Positions 1 through 13,607 of a stretch of DNA of 64,000 bases are shown here, piece by piece. The notes under the pieces are model-generated. The model saw only the letters and a list, made by a program, of their open reading frames with translations. It made no database searches and was not told the origin of the DNA. A program made the translations under genes and the position numbers. Origin of the DNA: an uncultured Solirubrobacterales bacterium (lineage in GTDB: Bacteria > Actinomycetota > Thermoleophilia > Solirubrobacterales > JBBDJG01); assembly GCA_963759145.1 (NCBI GenBank), contig CAVWYB010000017.1, forward strand, positions 14,899 to 78,898, in the 5' to 3' direction. The stretch's first letter is position 1. Every line of letters starts with the position of its first letter.

Positions 1-35
1 GCAGTCCTGGTGCCCTCACTAACATTGGCGCCCGT

Positions 36-4687
<4,652 letters not shown>

Positions 4688-4842
4688 TGGAGTCCGTTCC
4701 CCGGTGGATGAGTTACAGCGAATCCGGCCCGGCCGACACCCTCGGGCAACCGCAGTCCATGGTAATCAGGGAGTGTCGGGAACGGCCATGTTTCTTGAGC
4801 GTTGCGTCGGGACGCGCGGGACGGGGCGGGTGGAGGTCCCTA

Positions 4843-5168
4843 ACAAAACCGGCTGGGTAGGAGGGTGAAGGTGCGGGCGCGTGTGGCCTGGCGCCGGCGC
4901 GGTGCGTCGAAAGGCGCTCGGAACGCCGTGATATCTCCGGCATCACCCGTACCAGTGTTCCGATCCGTGAATGGCCCCCCGGCGCGTTGCGGATTGGGCC
5001 CGCTATTGGGGCCCGAAGTGTGCAACGTGAAGCCGGTGGGTCGCATACGCATCACGCGTCAAGGGCACAAACTCTGACCGTGCACGTGCGCCCGCAGCAC
5101 AAACGACGCGCGCCCTGCGACACCTCGCGCCCGCCTCGAACCCCATCCCCTTACCCAGCCGGTTTTGT
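4843..5168. repeat. Intergenic element with terminal inverted repeats (MITE-like), copy 1
   Basis: ACAAAACCGGCTGGGTA at 4843-4859 and its exact reverse complement at 5152-5168; similarity extends to about 22/25 bp. Confidence 0.75.
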
Positions 5169-5214
5169 CGACGTAGGCAACCCTGCGCGCCGTAGCCCCA
5201 CCGCGCGCAGCGAG

Positions 5215-6147
5215 CTAAGCGCAGCGAGCTAAGCCGCAGCCGGCGTCGAGCCCGATCACCTTGAGGCGCCGGGTCAGGGCCTGAGCTGCGAACGCACGCG
5301 TCTCGTCCATCGAGACGCCGAAGTACTCGTAGTCGTCGTTCTCCACCCATGGCGGCCTCAGCACCTCGTCCGCGACCGTCAGCGCCTCTTCGAGGGTGCG
5401 CCGGATGGTGGCCAGGTGCTGCGGCTGCTCGGCGACCACGTCGCGCAGGAACCGCGCGCCGAAGGCCACGTGCCGGTGCTCGTCGCGGGCCACGAAGTTG
5501 AAGCCGCGGACGAAGCCCGGCAGCGTTCCCTCGCGCTCGTTGAAGTCGATGATGAAGTGCTGGCCGGTGAGGGCGAGCATGCCCTCGATCACCATGTGGT
5601 AGAGCGTGATCGCCTCGATCAGCGCCGTGAGGTCGGTCCGGTCCTCGGAGAGCCGGCGCACGCGCGAGCCGAGCATCTCGTCGAAGAGCGTGTTGAACGC
5701 GGGGTTCAGATGGGCCGAGGTCTCTTCGAGCCGCCCGTCCAGGGAGTCGGCGTCGAGCACCCCGACCTCCGAGTAGAAGCGGTCGAAGAAGCGCACGTGG
5801 CGGGCCTCGTCGGCGATCTGGGTCGAGAGGAAGACGCGCATGTCCTCGGTGGGCGCCGCGACCATCATCGGCCCCAGCTCCTCGGTGACGCGCTGCTCCC
5901 CGATGAAGAACGACGACAGGCCGTACATGCGCTGCCTGCGCTCGTCGGCGGGGAACCCGACCCAGTCCTCGCGATCCTGGGTGAAGTCGAGCTCCTGGGT
6001 CAGCCATTGCTGCCGTTCCCACAGCTCGTAGAGCTGCTTGTAGTCGAGCAGCTGCACCTGGCCTCGATCGGCCGACTCCTGCAGTGCCGGGTCGGAGGTC
6101 TCGCTGAAGAACTCCCCCAGCTCGATGCGTGCGCCTAGCGTCGTCAA
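5215..6147 (-). CDS. R2-like ligand-binding oxidase / RNR small-subunit family (ferritin-like dimetal protein)
   Basis: FFIGEQRV, DEARH, YHMVIEG and DEHRH dimetal motifs; no RNR large subunit nearby. Confidence 0.8.
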   Translation of the reverse strand: MTTLGARIELGEFFSETSDPALQESADRGQVQLLDYKQLYELWERQQWLTQELDFTQDREDWVGFPADERRQRMYGLSSFFIGEQRVTEELGPMMVAAPTEDMRVFLSTQIADEARHVRFFDRFYSEVGVLDADSLDGRLEETSAHLNPAFNTLFDEMLGSRVRRLSEDRTDLTALIEAITLYHMVIEGMLALTGQHFIIDFNEREGTLPGFVRGFNFVARDEHRHVAFGARFLRDVVAEQPQHLATIRRTLEEALTVADEVLRPPWVENDDYEYFGVSMDETRAFAAQALTRRLKVIGLDAGCGLARCA

Positions 6148-6210
6148 GATCGCCTCCTGTTCGCCCTCCCGGGAAGCCTACACGCAGCTCGACACACCGT
6201 CACGGCGTGC

Positions 6211-6238
6211 TTGTGCAGCCCCTTCTCCCTGGTATAAA
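6211..6238 (+). promoter_or_regulatory. Putative sigma70 promoter for a leaderless patatin transcript
   Basis: TTGTGC-N16-TATAAA, 7 nt upstream of in-frame GTG at 6246. Confidence 0.4.
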
Positions 6239-6245
6239 GCGCACT

Positions 6246-7520
6246 GTGGGCGACGTCGTTGAACTCGAGGCGACGCCAAAAGGCCCCGCGGGCCAGAAGC
6301 GCACCTCGAGCAAGAAGCCGCAACGGCGTGGGCGCCGGTCCCGCACCGCGTTGGTGCTCGGCGGTGGCGGCTTCACCGGCGGCGTCTACGAGATCGGGGC
6401 GCTCCGCGCGCTCGACCTCCTGAGCGTCAACAGGACGGTCAACGACTTCGACATCTACGTCGGCACCAGCGCCGGCTCGTTCGTGGCGAGCCTCCTGGCG
6501 TCCGGCATGACTCCGGAAGAGATGTCGCGGATCGTCAACAAGCAGGTCCCCACGCCCTTCAAGGACGTCGACCTTGGCGCGCTGCTGCGGCCCAACTACG
6601 CCGACTTCGCCTCGCGGGCGATGCTGATGCCGCTGCGGCTGGTCGGGCTCGCGCGGAGTCTCGCGGGCCGGTGGCGCGAGGTCTCCGTGATGGACGTCGT
6701 GACCGGCCTGGCGGAGGGCCTGCCGGCCGGCATCTACACCGGGTCCGGGATCGAGAAGTACATCCGTGAGGTCTTCCGCGAGAGCGATCGCACTGACGAT
6801 TTCCGCCTGTTGGAGCCGGAGCTCTACCTCGCCGCGACCGACCTGGACACCTGCGAGCGGATCGTGTTCGGCTCGCCGGACTGGGACGACGTGCCGATCT
6901 CGAAGGCGGTCGCCGCCTCCACGGCGCTGCCGATGATCTACCGGCCGGTCGACGTTCGGGGCCGCCAGCTGATCGACGGCGGCATCCGCTCGACCACCAA
7001 CATCGACATCGCGGTCGAGCGCGGGGCGAAGTTCATCGTGGTCGTGAACCCGCTCGTCCCCTACGTGAACGACTTCCAGAAGCGGATCCCCACGATCTTC
7101 GGGAGCCGGGTGCGGCGCGTGTCCGACATGGGCTATCCCCAGGTCGGCTACCAGGCCTTCAAGCTGCTCGCCCACGCGCGCCTGCACGAGCGCGTGAAGC
7201 ACTGGCGGCAGAACTATCCGGGCGTCGACATCATCCTGATCGAGCCCGATCCGAAGGACGAGCTGATGTTCGGGACCAGCATCATGAACTACTCGTCCCG
7301 GATCGAGATCGCCCGGCACGGCTTCGAGTCCGTGGTGCTCCGCCTCGCTCAGGACTACCGCCACTACAAGGAGATCTGCGAGAAGCACGGGATCGAGATC
7401 TCGGCCCGGCGCGTGACCAAGATCCTGCGCCAGGCCGACGAGCAGCGCGAGAAGACGACGGCCTGGCGGCGGATCTTCGAGCAGACGACAGGCGCGTTGC
7501 TGCGGCAGTCGGAAAGCTAG
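6246..7520 (+). CDS. Patatin-like phospholipase (start uncertain)
   Basis: GGGGFTG oxyanion motif, GTSAG nucleophile elbow, DGG motif. Confidence 0.9.
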   Translation: MGDVVELEATPKGPAGQKRTSSKKPQRRGRRSRTALVLGGGGFTGGVYEIGALRALDLLSVNRTVNDFDIYVGTSAGSFVASLLASGMTPEEMSRIVNKQVPTPFKDVDLGALLRPNYADFASRAMLMPLRLVGLARSLAGRWREVSVMDVVTGLAEGLPAGIYTGSGIEKYIREVFRESDRTDDFRLLEPELYLAATDLDTCERIVFGSPDWDDVPISKAVAASTALPMIYRPVDVRGRQLIDGGIRSTTNIDIAVERGAKFIVVVNPLVPYVNDFQKRIPTIFGSRVRRVSDMGYPQVGYQAFKLLAHARLHERVKHWRQNYPGVDIILIEPDPKDELMFGTSIMNYSSRIEIARHGFESVVLRLAQDYRHYKEICEKHGIEISARRVTKILRQADEQREKTTAWRRIFEQTTGALLRQSES

Positions 7521-7531
7521 AAGGCCTCCCC

Positions 7532-8440
7532 GTGAGGGGATCGGACGAAGCCGCGATCGAGGCCGTCGGCCTCACCAAGCGCTATGGCTCGATCACGGCC
7601 GTGGACGACCTCTCGTTCAAGGTGCGCTCCGGCGCGGTCACCGGCTTCCTCGGCCCGAACGGAGCGGGCAAGACCACGACGCTGCGCATGGTGCTCTCCC
7701 TCGCGCGGCCGACAGCGGGTTACGCGACGGTGGTGGGCCGCCCGTACACGAAGCTGGACGACCCCGTGCGCACGGTCGGGGCGAACCTCGAGGTGGCCGG
7801 CGCGCACCCGGGCCGCTCGGGCCGCAACCACCTGCGCTCGCTGGCCGCGATGGCCGGCCTGCCTCGGGGACGTGTGGAGGAGGTGCTGCGGCTGGTCGAG
7901 TTGGAGGATGCCGCCGACCGCAGGTTCGGCAAGTACTCGATGGGCATGCGCCAGCGACTGGGGCTGGCCTCGACCCTGCTCGGCGATCCAGCGGTCCTGG
8001 TGCTCGACGAGCCCGCCAACGGGCTCGATCCCCGGGGCATCCGCTGGCTCCGCGACTTCCTGCGCGCGATGGCGGGGGAGGGGCGCACCGTGCTGGTCTC
8101 GAGCCACGTGCTGGCGGAGGTGGCGCAGACCGTGGATGACGTGGTCGTCATCCACAGGGGCCGGATGGTCACGCAGGGGCCCGTCTCGCAGCTGACGGGG
8201 AGTGGTTCCGTGCGCGTGCGCACGCCGCAGGCGGCCGAGCTGAGCGCCGCGCTCGAGCGGGCGGGGCTCGCCGCGACTCCGCAGGGCGACGGCGTGCTGC
8301 TCGTGGAGGCGCCGGACGCGGCGCAGGTGGGGGAGCTCGCGTTTCGCGCCGGTGTTCCGCTCCACGAGCTCACGCCGCTCTCGACGTCGCTCGAGGAGGC
8401 GTTCCTGGCCCTGACCAGCGATCCTCCGGAGAGCTCGTGA
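7532..8440 (+). CDS. ABC transporter ATP-binding protein
   Basis: GPNGAGKTT Walker A, YSMGMRQR signature, LDEP Walker B. Confidence 0.93.
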   Translation: MRGSDEAAIEAVGLTKRYGSITAVDDLSFKVRSGAVTGFLGPNGAGKTTTLRMVLSLARPTAGYATVVGRPYTKLDDPVRTVGANLEVAGAHPGRSGRNHLRSLAAMAGLPRGRVEEVLRLVELEDAADRRFGKYSMGMRQRLGLASTLLGDPAVLVLDEPANGLDPRGIRWLRDFLRAMAGEGRTVLVSSHVLAEVAQTVDDVVVIHRGRMVTQGPVSQLTGSGSVRVRTPQAAELSAALERAGLAATPQGDGVLLVEAPDAAQVGELAFRAGVPLHELTPLSTSLEEAFLALTSDPPESS

Positions 8441-9156
8441 AGCACCTGCTGGCCGGGGAGCTGATCAAGGTCCGCACGACCCGTACGGCGCTCGGGTTCG
8501 GCCTCGCCGCGGTGCTGCTGACGCTGGCCAACGTACTGATCACGATCCTCGCGACCGACCCCACGACGGTCGAGGACAAGCGCACGGCGCTGAACTTCGG
8601 GGGGATCCTCGCGATCGTGCTGCTGGTCTACGGCGCGGTCGGGGCGACCGGCGAGTACCGGCATCGCACCCATGCCCCGGCTGTGCTGATCGCACCGGAT
8701 CGGGTCCGGCTGATCTTCGCCCGCATGGGCGCCTATGGGCTCTCGGCGGCGGTCTTCGGGGTCGCGATGGGCGTCGTGTCCTTCGGTCTGGGGCTTGCAT
8801 TGCTGGCCAACGCCGCGGGTGCGGACCTGAAGGCAGGCGACTACGTCGGACTGGGCACCGGCGGCCTCCTCGCTGCGATGCTGTGCACGGTGCTGGGGGT
8901 CGCGGCCGGCACGCTGCTGCGCAGTCAGGTCGGGACGGTGGTGGGCGTGCTGGTCTGGCTGTTCATCCTCGAGCCGCTCGTCGGGCTGATCGACGAGGAC
9001 CTGATCAAGTACACGGTCGGGATCTCCTCCGGAGCGCTGGGCGCGGGTGGCAACGACGACGCCTCGATGGCCACGGGCGCGCTCGTGCTGGGCACGTGGA
9101 CAGCCGTGCTGGCAGCGGCGGGAGCGCTGGCGGACAGGCGCCGGGACGTGGAGTAG
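8437..9156 (+). CDS. ABC-2 type transporter permease
   Basis: About 6 hydrophobic segments, GEYRH motif, GTGA overlap with the ATPase gene. Confidence 0.85.
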   Translation: MKHLLAGELIKVRTTRTALGFGLAAVLLTLANVLITILATDPTTVEDKRTALNFGGILAIVLLVYGAVGATGEYRHRTHAPAVLIAPDRVRLIFARMGAYGLSAAVFGVAMGVVSFGLGLALLANAAGADLKAGDYVGLGTGGLLAAMLCTVLGVAAGTLLRSQVGTVVGVLVWLFILEPLVGLIDEDLIKYTVGISSGALGAGGNDDASMATGALVLGTWTAVLAAAGALADRRRDVE

Positions 9157-9164
9157 CCGAACGG

Positions 9165-10961
9165 CTAGTACATCCGGTCGAGCTCGGACGCGTACTTCTC
9201 GTACACGATGTTCCGCTTGACCTTCAGCGTCGGCGTCAGCTCGCCGGTCTCCTGGGTGAGGTCGTGCGGCAGGATCGTGAACTTCTTGATCTGCTCGACG
9301 GGCCCCACGCGCGAGTTGACCTGGTCGACCGTCTTCTGGACCATGGCCCGCACCTCGTCTCGGTTGGCGAGCTCGGCCGGGTCGGTCGTGTCGAGGCCCT
9401 GCTGCTCGGCCCACGGGCCGATCGACTCGGGGTCCAGCGTGATCAGCGCGGTCAGGTACGGGCGACGGTCTCCGTAGACGACCGCCTGTGAGATGTACTG
9501 GTCCTGCTTGAGCCAGTTCTCGAGATTGGCGGGCGTGATGTTCTTGCCGCCGGCGGTGATGATGATGTCCTTCTTCCGGCCCGTGATGAAGAGGAAGCCG
9601 TCCTCGTCGATCCGGCCGATGTCGCCGGTGTGCAGCCACTGGTCGACGATCGTCTCGTTCGTGGCCTTCTCGTTCTTGTAGTAGCCGCGGAAGATGTTCG
9701 CGCCCCGCACGAGGATCTCGCCGTCCTCGGCGATCTTCACCTCGACACCGGGGAACGGCTTCCCGACCGAGCCGAACTTGAAGTCGTGCCGGCGGTTGAT
9801 GGTCGCGGCGGTCGAAGTCTCCGTCATGCCCCAGCCCTCCATCACGGGCACGCCGCATGCGTAGAAGAACTCGAGGATCTCCTGCGCGATCGGCGCGGCG
9901 CCGGTGACCGCCTGCTTGACGTTTCCGCCGAACAGCCCCCGGACCTTGCTGTACATCTCCTCGTCGGCCTTGTCGAAGGCCGCCTGCAGGTCGGCCGGGA
10001 CCTCCTCGCCGTCGCGCTGCATCTCGCGCACCTTGACGCCGAGCTTCACGGCCTGCTCGAGCTGCGCCTTGTCGGGCGCGTTGGCGACCGCCATCGCATA
10101 GATCTTCTCGAAGATCCTGGGCACCGAGGGGAAGTAGGTGGGCCTGACCTCCATCAAATTCGGGATGATCTTCAGCGGGTCCCGCTCCCAGTAGGCGATC
10201 GTGGCGCCGACGTCGATCGCGCCGAACTGGATCAGGCGCGCGAACGCGTGCGCGAGCGGCAGGAAGAGGTAGGCGACCTCGTTCTCGACGAGCACGTCCT
10301 CTTCCTTCTGGAGCATGTCGAGCATGTCGCGCCAGTTCGCGTGGTCGATGATGCAGCCCTTGGGGGGGCCGGTGGTGCCGGACGTGTAGATGTAGCTCGC
10401 GATCGCGGAGCGCTCGACCGCGGCGACGCGCCGCTCGAAGTCCTCCTCGGAGCCGTCACGCCCCTTCGCGCGAAGCTCGTCCAGCGTGATCACGTCGTCC
10501 GCTTCGATCGGCTCGATCGAGATCACGTGCTCGAGCGCCGGGAGCTGATCGCGCACCTCGCGGATCTTTTCGAGCTGCGCCGCGTCCTCGACGACAACCG
10601 CCTTGGCCTCGGAGTGGTCGATCACGTACTGGCACTCCTCGGCCGAGTTCGTCTGGTACACCGGAATCGTGGTGGCGCCGAGGCACAGGATGCCGAAGTC
10701 GGCGTACGTCCATTCCGGGCGGGTGTGCGAGAGGATCGCGACCTTGTCGCCGGGAGCGATTCCGATCGCCTCGAGGCCGAGGGTGACCTCCTTGACGATT
10801 CCCACGAGCTCCTCGTAGGAGGTGTCCAGCCACTCGTCGCCCACCTTGTGGCGCACGGCGACCAGCTTCGCGTGCTTCTTCGCGGCCAGCGTTACGAGAT
10901 CCGCGAGCGTCTTCGAACCGGTTGCCGCGGCACTCGCCGTGGTGGCGGTCTGAACCTCCAT
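9165..10961 (-). CDS. Long-chain fatty acid-CoA ligase (FadD family)
   Basis: YTSGTTGPPKG AMP-binding motif, EGWGMTET, WLHTGD, LTPTLKVKR. Confidence 0.93.
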   Translation of the reverse strand: MEVQTATTASAAATGSKTLADLVTLAAKKHAKLVAVRHKVGDEWLDTSYEELVGIVKEVTLGLEAIGIAPGDKVAILSHTRPEWTYADFGILCLGATTIPVYQTNSAEECQYVIDHSEAKAVVVEDAAQLEKIREVRDQLPALEHVISIEPIEADDVITLDELRAKGRDGSEEDFERRVAAVERSAIASYIYTSGTTGPPKGCIIDHANWRDMLDMLQKEEDVLVENEVAYLFLPLAHAFARLIQFGAIDVGATIAYWERDPLKIIPNLMEVRPTYFPSVPRIFEKIYAMAVANAPDKAQLEQAVKLGVKVREMQRDGEEVPADLQAAFDKADEEMYSKVRGLFGGNVKQAVTGAAPIAQEILEFFYACGVPVMEGWGMTETSTAATINRRHDFKFGSVGKPFPGVEVKIAEDGEILVRGANIFRGYYKNEKATNETIVDQWLHTGDIGRIDEDGFLFITGRKKDIIITAGGKNITPANLENWLKQDQYISQAVVYGDRRPYLTALITLDPESIGPWAEQQGLDTTDPAELANRDEVRAMVQKTVDQVNSRVGPVEQIKKFTILPHDLTQETGELTPTLKVKRNIVYEKYASELDRMY

Positions 10962-11030
10962 CTACTCCTCCACTCTTGAGCGGTTGGCGCCGGCTGCCGC
11001 CGACTGCCCCGTGGAGGCGATTCTAACGAC

Positions 11031-11216
11031 CTAGGCTTCGGCTACCTGTGCGGTCTGCTGGCCCTTTCCCTGGTCTCTCAGGGAGGCGAGGAACAGGGTC
11101 TTGTCGATCCTTCCTTGGAAGATCGGCACCCCCATCTCCATGCACTTCGAGATGACCTCGCGACGGTCCATCCCGGCCTCTCTTGCCAGCTCGGTGGGCG
11201 TCAGGTGATTCGCCAA
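11031..11216 (-). CDS. Small HTH-like hypothetical protein (61 aa)
   Basis: LTPTELAREAGMDRREVI helix-turn-helix pattern; GGGGAG RBS before TTG. Confidence 0.65.
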   Translation of the reverse strand: MANHLTPTELAREAGMDRREVISKCMEMGVPIFQGRIDKTLFLASLRDQGKGQQTAQVAEA

Positions 11217-11410
11217 AGCATTCTCCCCTCTGGTGTAACGACCCGGAGCATGTGTCTCCGGCTCTTATACCGCGCTTTGGCAGACGTGTCAAGCTCGGTT
11301 GCCGGGCTGAGAATGCTCGACTAGGCTCGTAGATGGCCGGGTATACGATCGGGCAACGGACTTTGGATCCCGATTCGCAGTAATGGGCACCTAGAGGAGG
11401 AACGGAGCGC

Positions 11411-13009
11411 GTGAAGCCACTGATGGTCGCTGCCCCCAGCGAGGCCACGGATAGCCAGTTGGTAGTCGCTGCCCAGGAGGGCAGCGATATCGCGTTCGAG
11501 GCGCTGTTCCGCCGCTACCGCGACCGGATCACCGCTTACGTGCGCAGCATCGTGACGGACCACGGCCGCGCCGAGGACATCGTCCAGGACGTGTTCATGT
11601 CGGCGCTCCGCAGCCTGCGCTCGACCGAGCGCGAGGTCGCTGTTCAAGCCGTGGGTCTACGAGATCGCGAAGAACGCCTGCATCGACCACATCCGCAGGG
11701 CCCGGCGCGGGTCCGAGGTCTCGATCGACTCCGAGGACTTCTCGCCCGCGGACGAGGGCCGGATGTCGATCGGCGTGGCGAGCACCGATGCCGCCTTCTC
11801 CGCGCGCGAGGACCTCGACACCCTCCGGATGGCTTTCGACGACCTTCCCGACGCCCAGCGCGAGGTGCTCGTGAGCCGCGAGCTGGAGGGACTCTCCTAC
11901 GACAAGATCTCGAGCCGCACCGGGCTCTCCCGCTCGGCGGTCGAGAGCATGCTGTTCCGCGCCCGCCGCACGCTCAAGGACGGTTTCGACGACATCGCCA
12001 CCGGCGAGCGCTGCCAGCGCATGCAGACCGTGATGGTGCACCTCACCGACGGCCGGATCGGCCTGCGGCAGGAGCGCCGGCTGGTCCGGCATCTCGACGC
12101 CTGCGCCGCGTGCCGCCGTGAGGCGATCGCGCTCGGGCTCGACGACCTCGTGCTGCAGCGCTCCGAGCCGCACCAGGTCCGTGCTTTCCCGCGTCGCGGG
12201 CTTCCTGCCTCTGCCGGCCTTCTTCCGCCGTCGCTGGTCCGACGGCTCGAGCCTGCTGGGCTCGGCCGGCGCAGAGCGGGGCGGCCGAGGGCGCATCGCT
12301 CGCCGGAAAGGCGGCGGTCGTGCTCGCCGCGGCCGCGATCGCCGGCGGCGGCGCCGGGCGTCGCGCACAAGACCGGCGTGATCGGCGCGGCCGGCGGCTC
12401 GACCGCGGGCGCAGCGGCCGATCAGAGCTCATCCGGCGCCGGAGGCTCGTCCAACGGCGCCGGCGGCGCGCGGGCCAGGGCGGACAGGCCGGTGCGGCCG
12501 GCGGTTCGTCGGGCGGCGGCAAGGCCGGGAACGCCGGTAGCGGCGCGGGCGGGAACTCGCCCGGCGGCGGCGGCTCGGGCGCGGGCGCCGAACGGCCGGC
12601 GGCACGGCGGGCGACGCCGGGTCGGCCCTGAACGGGATCGGCGGCCAGGGCGGCGCGGCCGCGGGCGGAATCTTGAACGGAGCGGGCGGCGGCACGGCGA
12701 ACGGCGCCGGAGGCGCGGTCGGCGGCACCGTCAACGGCGTCGGCGGCACGCTGAACAACACGGTGCAGGGCGTCGGCGGCACGCGTCGACAAGACGGTCC
12801 AGGGCGTGACCGGCCCGGTGAACAAGGTTGCTCCCGGCGTCGGCAGACCCCGTCAACAAGACGGTCCAGGGCACGACCGGCACCGTGAACAAGGTGGTCG
12901 GCGGCGCGACGAGGCGCGGTCACGGGCGGCCGTCGGCACGGCGCTACCGGCCGTCCCGCAGCCGAGCCGGCCTCGACCGCCTCCGCTGCTTCCGAAGCTC
13001 AAGCCCTAG
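11411..13009 (+). CDS. ECF sigma factor with fused zinc-binding anti-sigma (zf-HC2), TM segment and Gly-rich tail; several frameshifts
   Basis: AFEALFRRY/AEDIVQDVF (region 2), LPDAQREVL..GLSYDKIS..VESMLFRAR (region 4), CQR...HLDACAAC (ZAS), VVLAAAAIAGGGAG, then Gly/Thr/Val repeats. Confidence 0.8.
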
Positions 13010-13059
13010 CGGCCACACGACCGCCGCGCCCTCAGCGCGAGTAGGTACCCTGCCGAGCC

Positions 13060-13302
13060 ATGGCCGCGCCGGATCGGGACTCCTTCCTCGAGTCCCTCAT
13101 GGACACGAATCTGTACAGCATGGGTGCGTACTTCTCGGACCAGCACCCGGACCTCGTGGACGAGGTGATCGCGCAGAGCGAGGCGATCGAGGACTCGGCA
13201 TCCGGCACTACGCCGACGCGAACGGCCTGACGCCTGGAGGAGTGCTTCGAGACCCTGATGACGGGCCTCGCGGTCCGCTATTACAAGGCCGTCGCGTCGT
13301 GA
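13060..13302 (+). CDS. Small acidic hypothetical protein (~80 aa, frameshifted; not in ORF track)
   Basis: ATG 13060 MAAPDRDSFLESLMDTNLYSMGAYFSDQHPDLVDEV... ends ...EECFETLMTGLAVRYYKAVAS-TGA with typical high-GC3 codons. Confidence 0.55.
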
Positions 13303-13339
13303 GGAGGCCCGGGAGGCTCTGCGATACTAGGCCCCTCGT

Positions 13340-13413
13340 CGGGGCGTAGCGCAGCCTGGTAGCGCGCACCGTTCGGGTCGGTGAGGTCCCCGGTTCAAAT
13401 CCGGGCGCCCCGA
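13340..13413 (+). tRNA. tRNA-Pro (CGG); CCA not encoded
   Basis: CGGGGCG/CGCCCCG acceptor stem, TAGCGCAGCCTGGTAGCGC D arm, CACCG-TTCGGGT-CGGTG anticodon arm, GGTTCAAATCC T arm. Confidence 0.97.
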
Positions 13414-13607
13414 CTTCCCACTCACCACTCGAACCCGCCGACTTTCCACCGGCCAATTTCCGGGCCAAAAGCCCCGTCCGGCCCCAAAAGCGGAACTTTG
13501 CGTCCGGCCTGCGGCTATTCTCCCGGCGGGCCCCGTCCGGGCCCGGGATTCAGCCCCCTTACCAGTGTCGTTTGCGCCGCGCAGGCTGCGGCGCGGAAAG
13601 GAATCAC

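Noticed and set aside
5205-5234. 14-bp tandem duplication GCGCAGCGAGCTAA at the end of the R2-like gene
   Set aside because: Only two units; could be slippage or a read artefact; not an array and not clearly a target-site duplication of the nearby element.
12400-12960. Repetitive GC-rich tract (e.g. GTGAACAAGG, ACAAGACGGTCCAGGGC repeats) resembling a CRISPR or VNTR
   Set aside because: The repeats are codon-level units of the Gly/Thr/Val-rich tail of the sigma factor; there is no constant repeat-spacer period and no cas genes.
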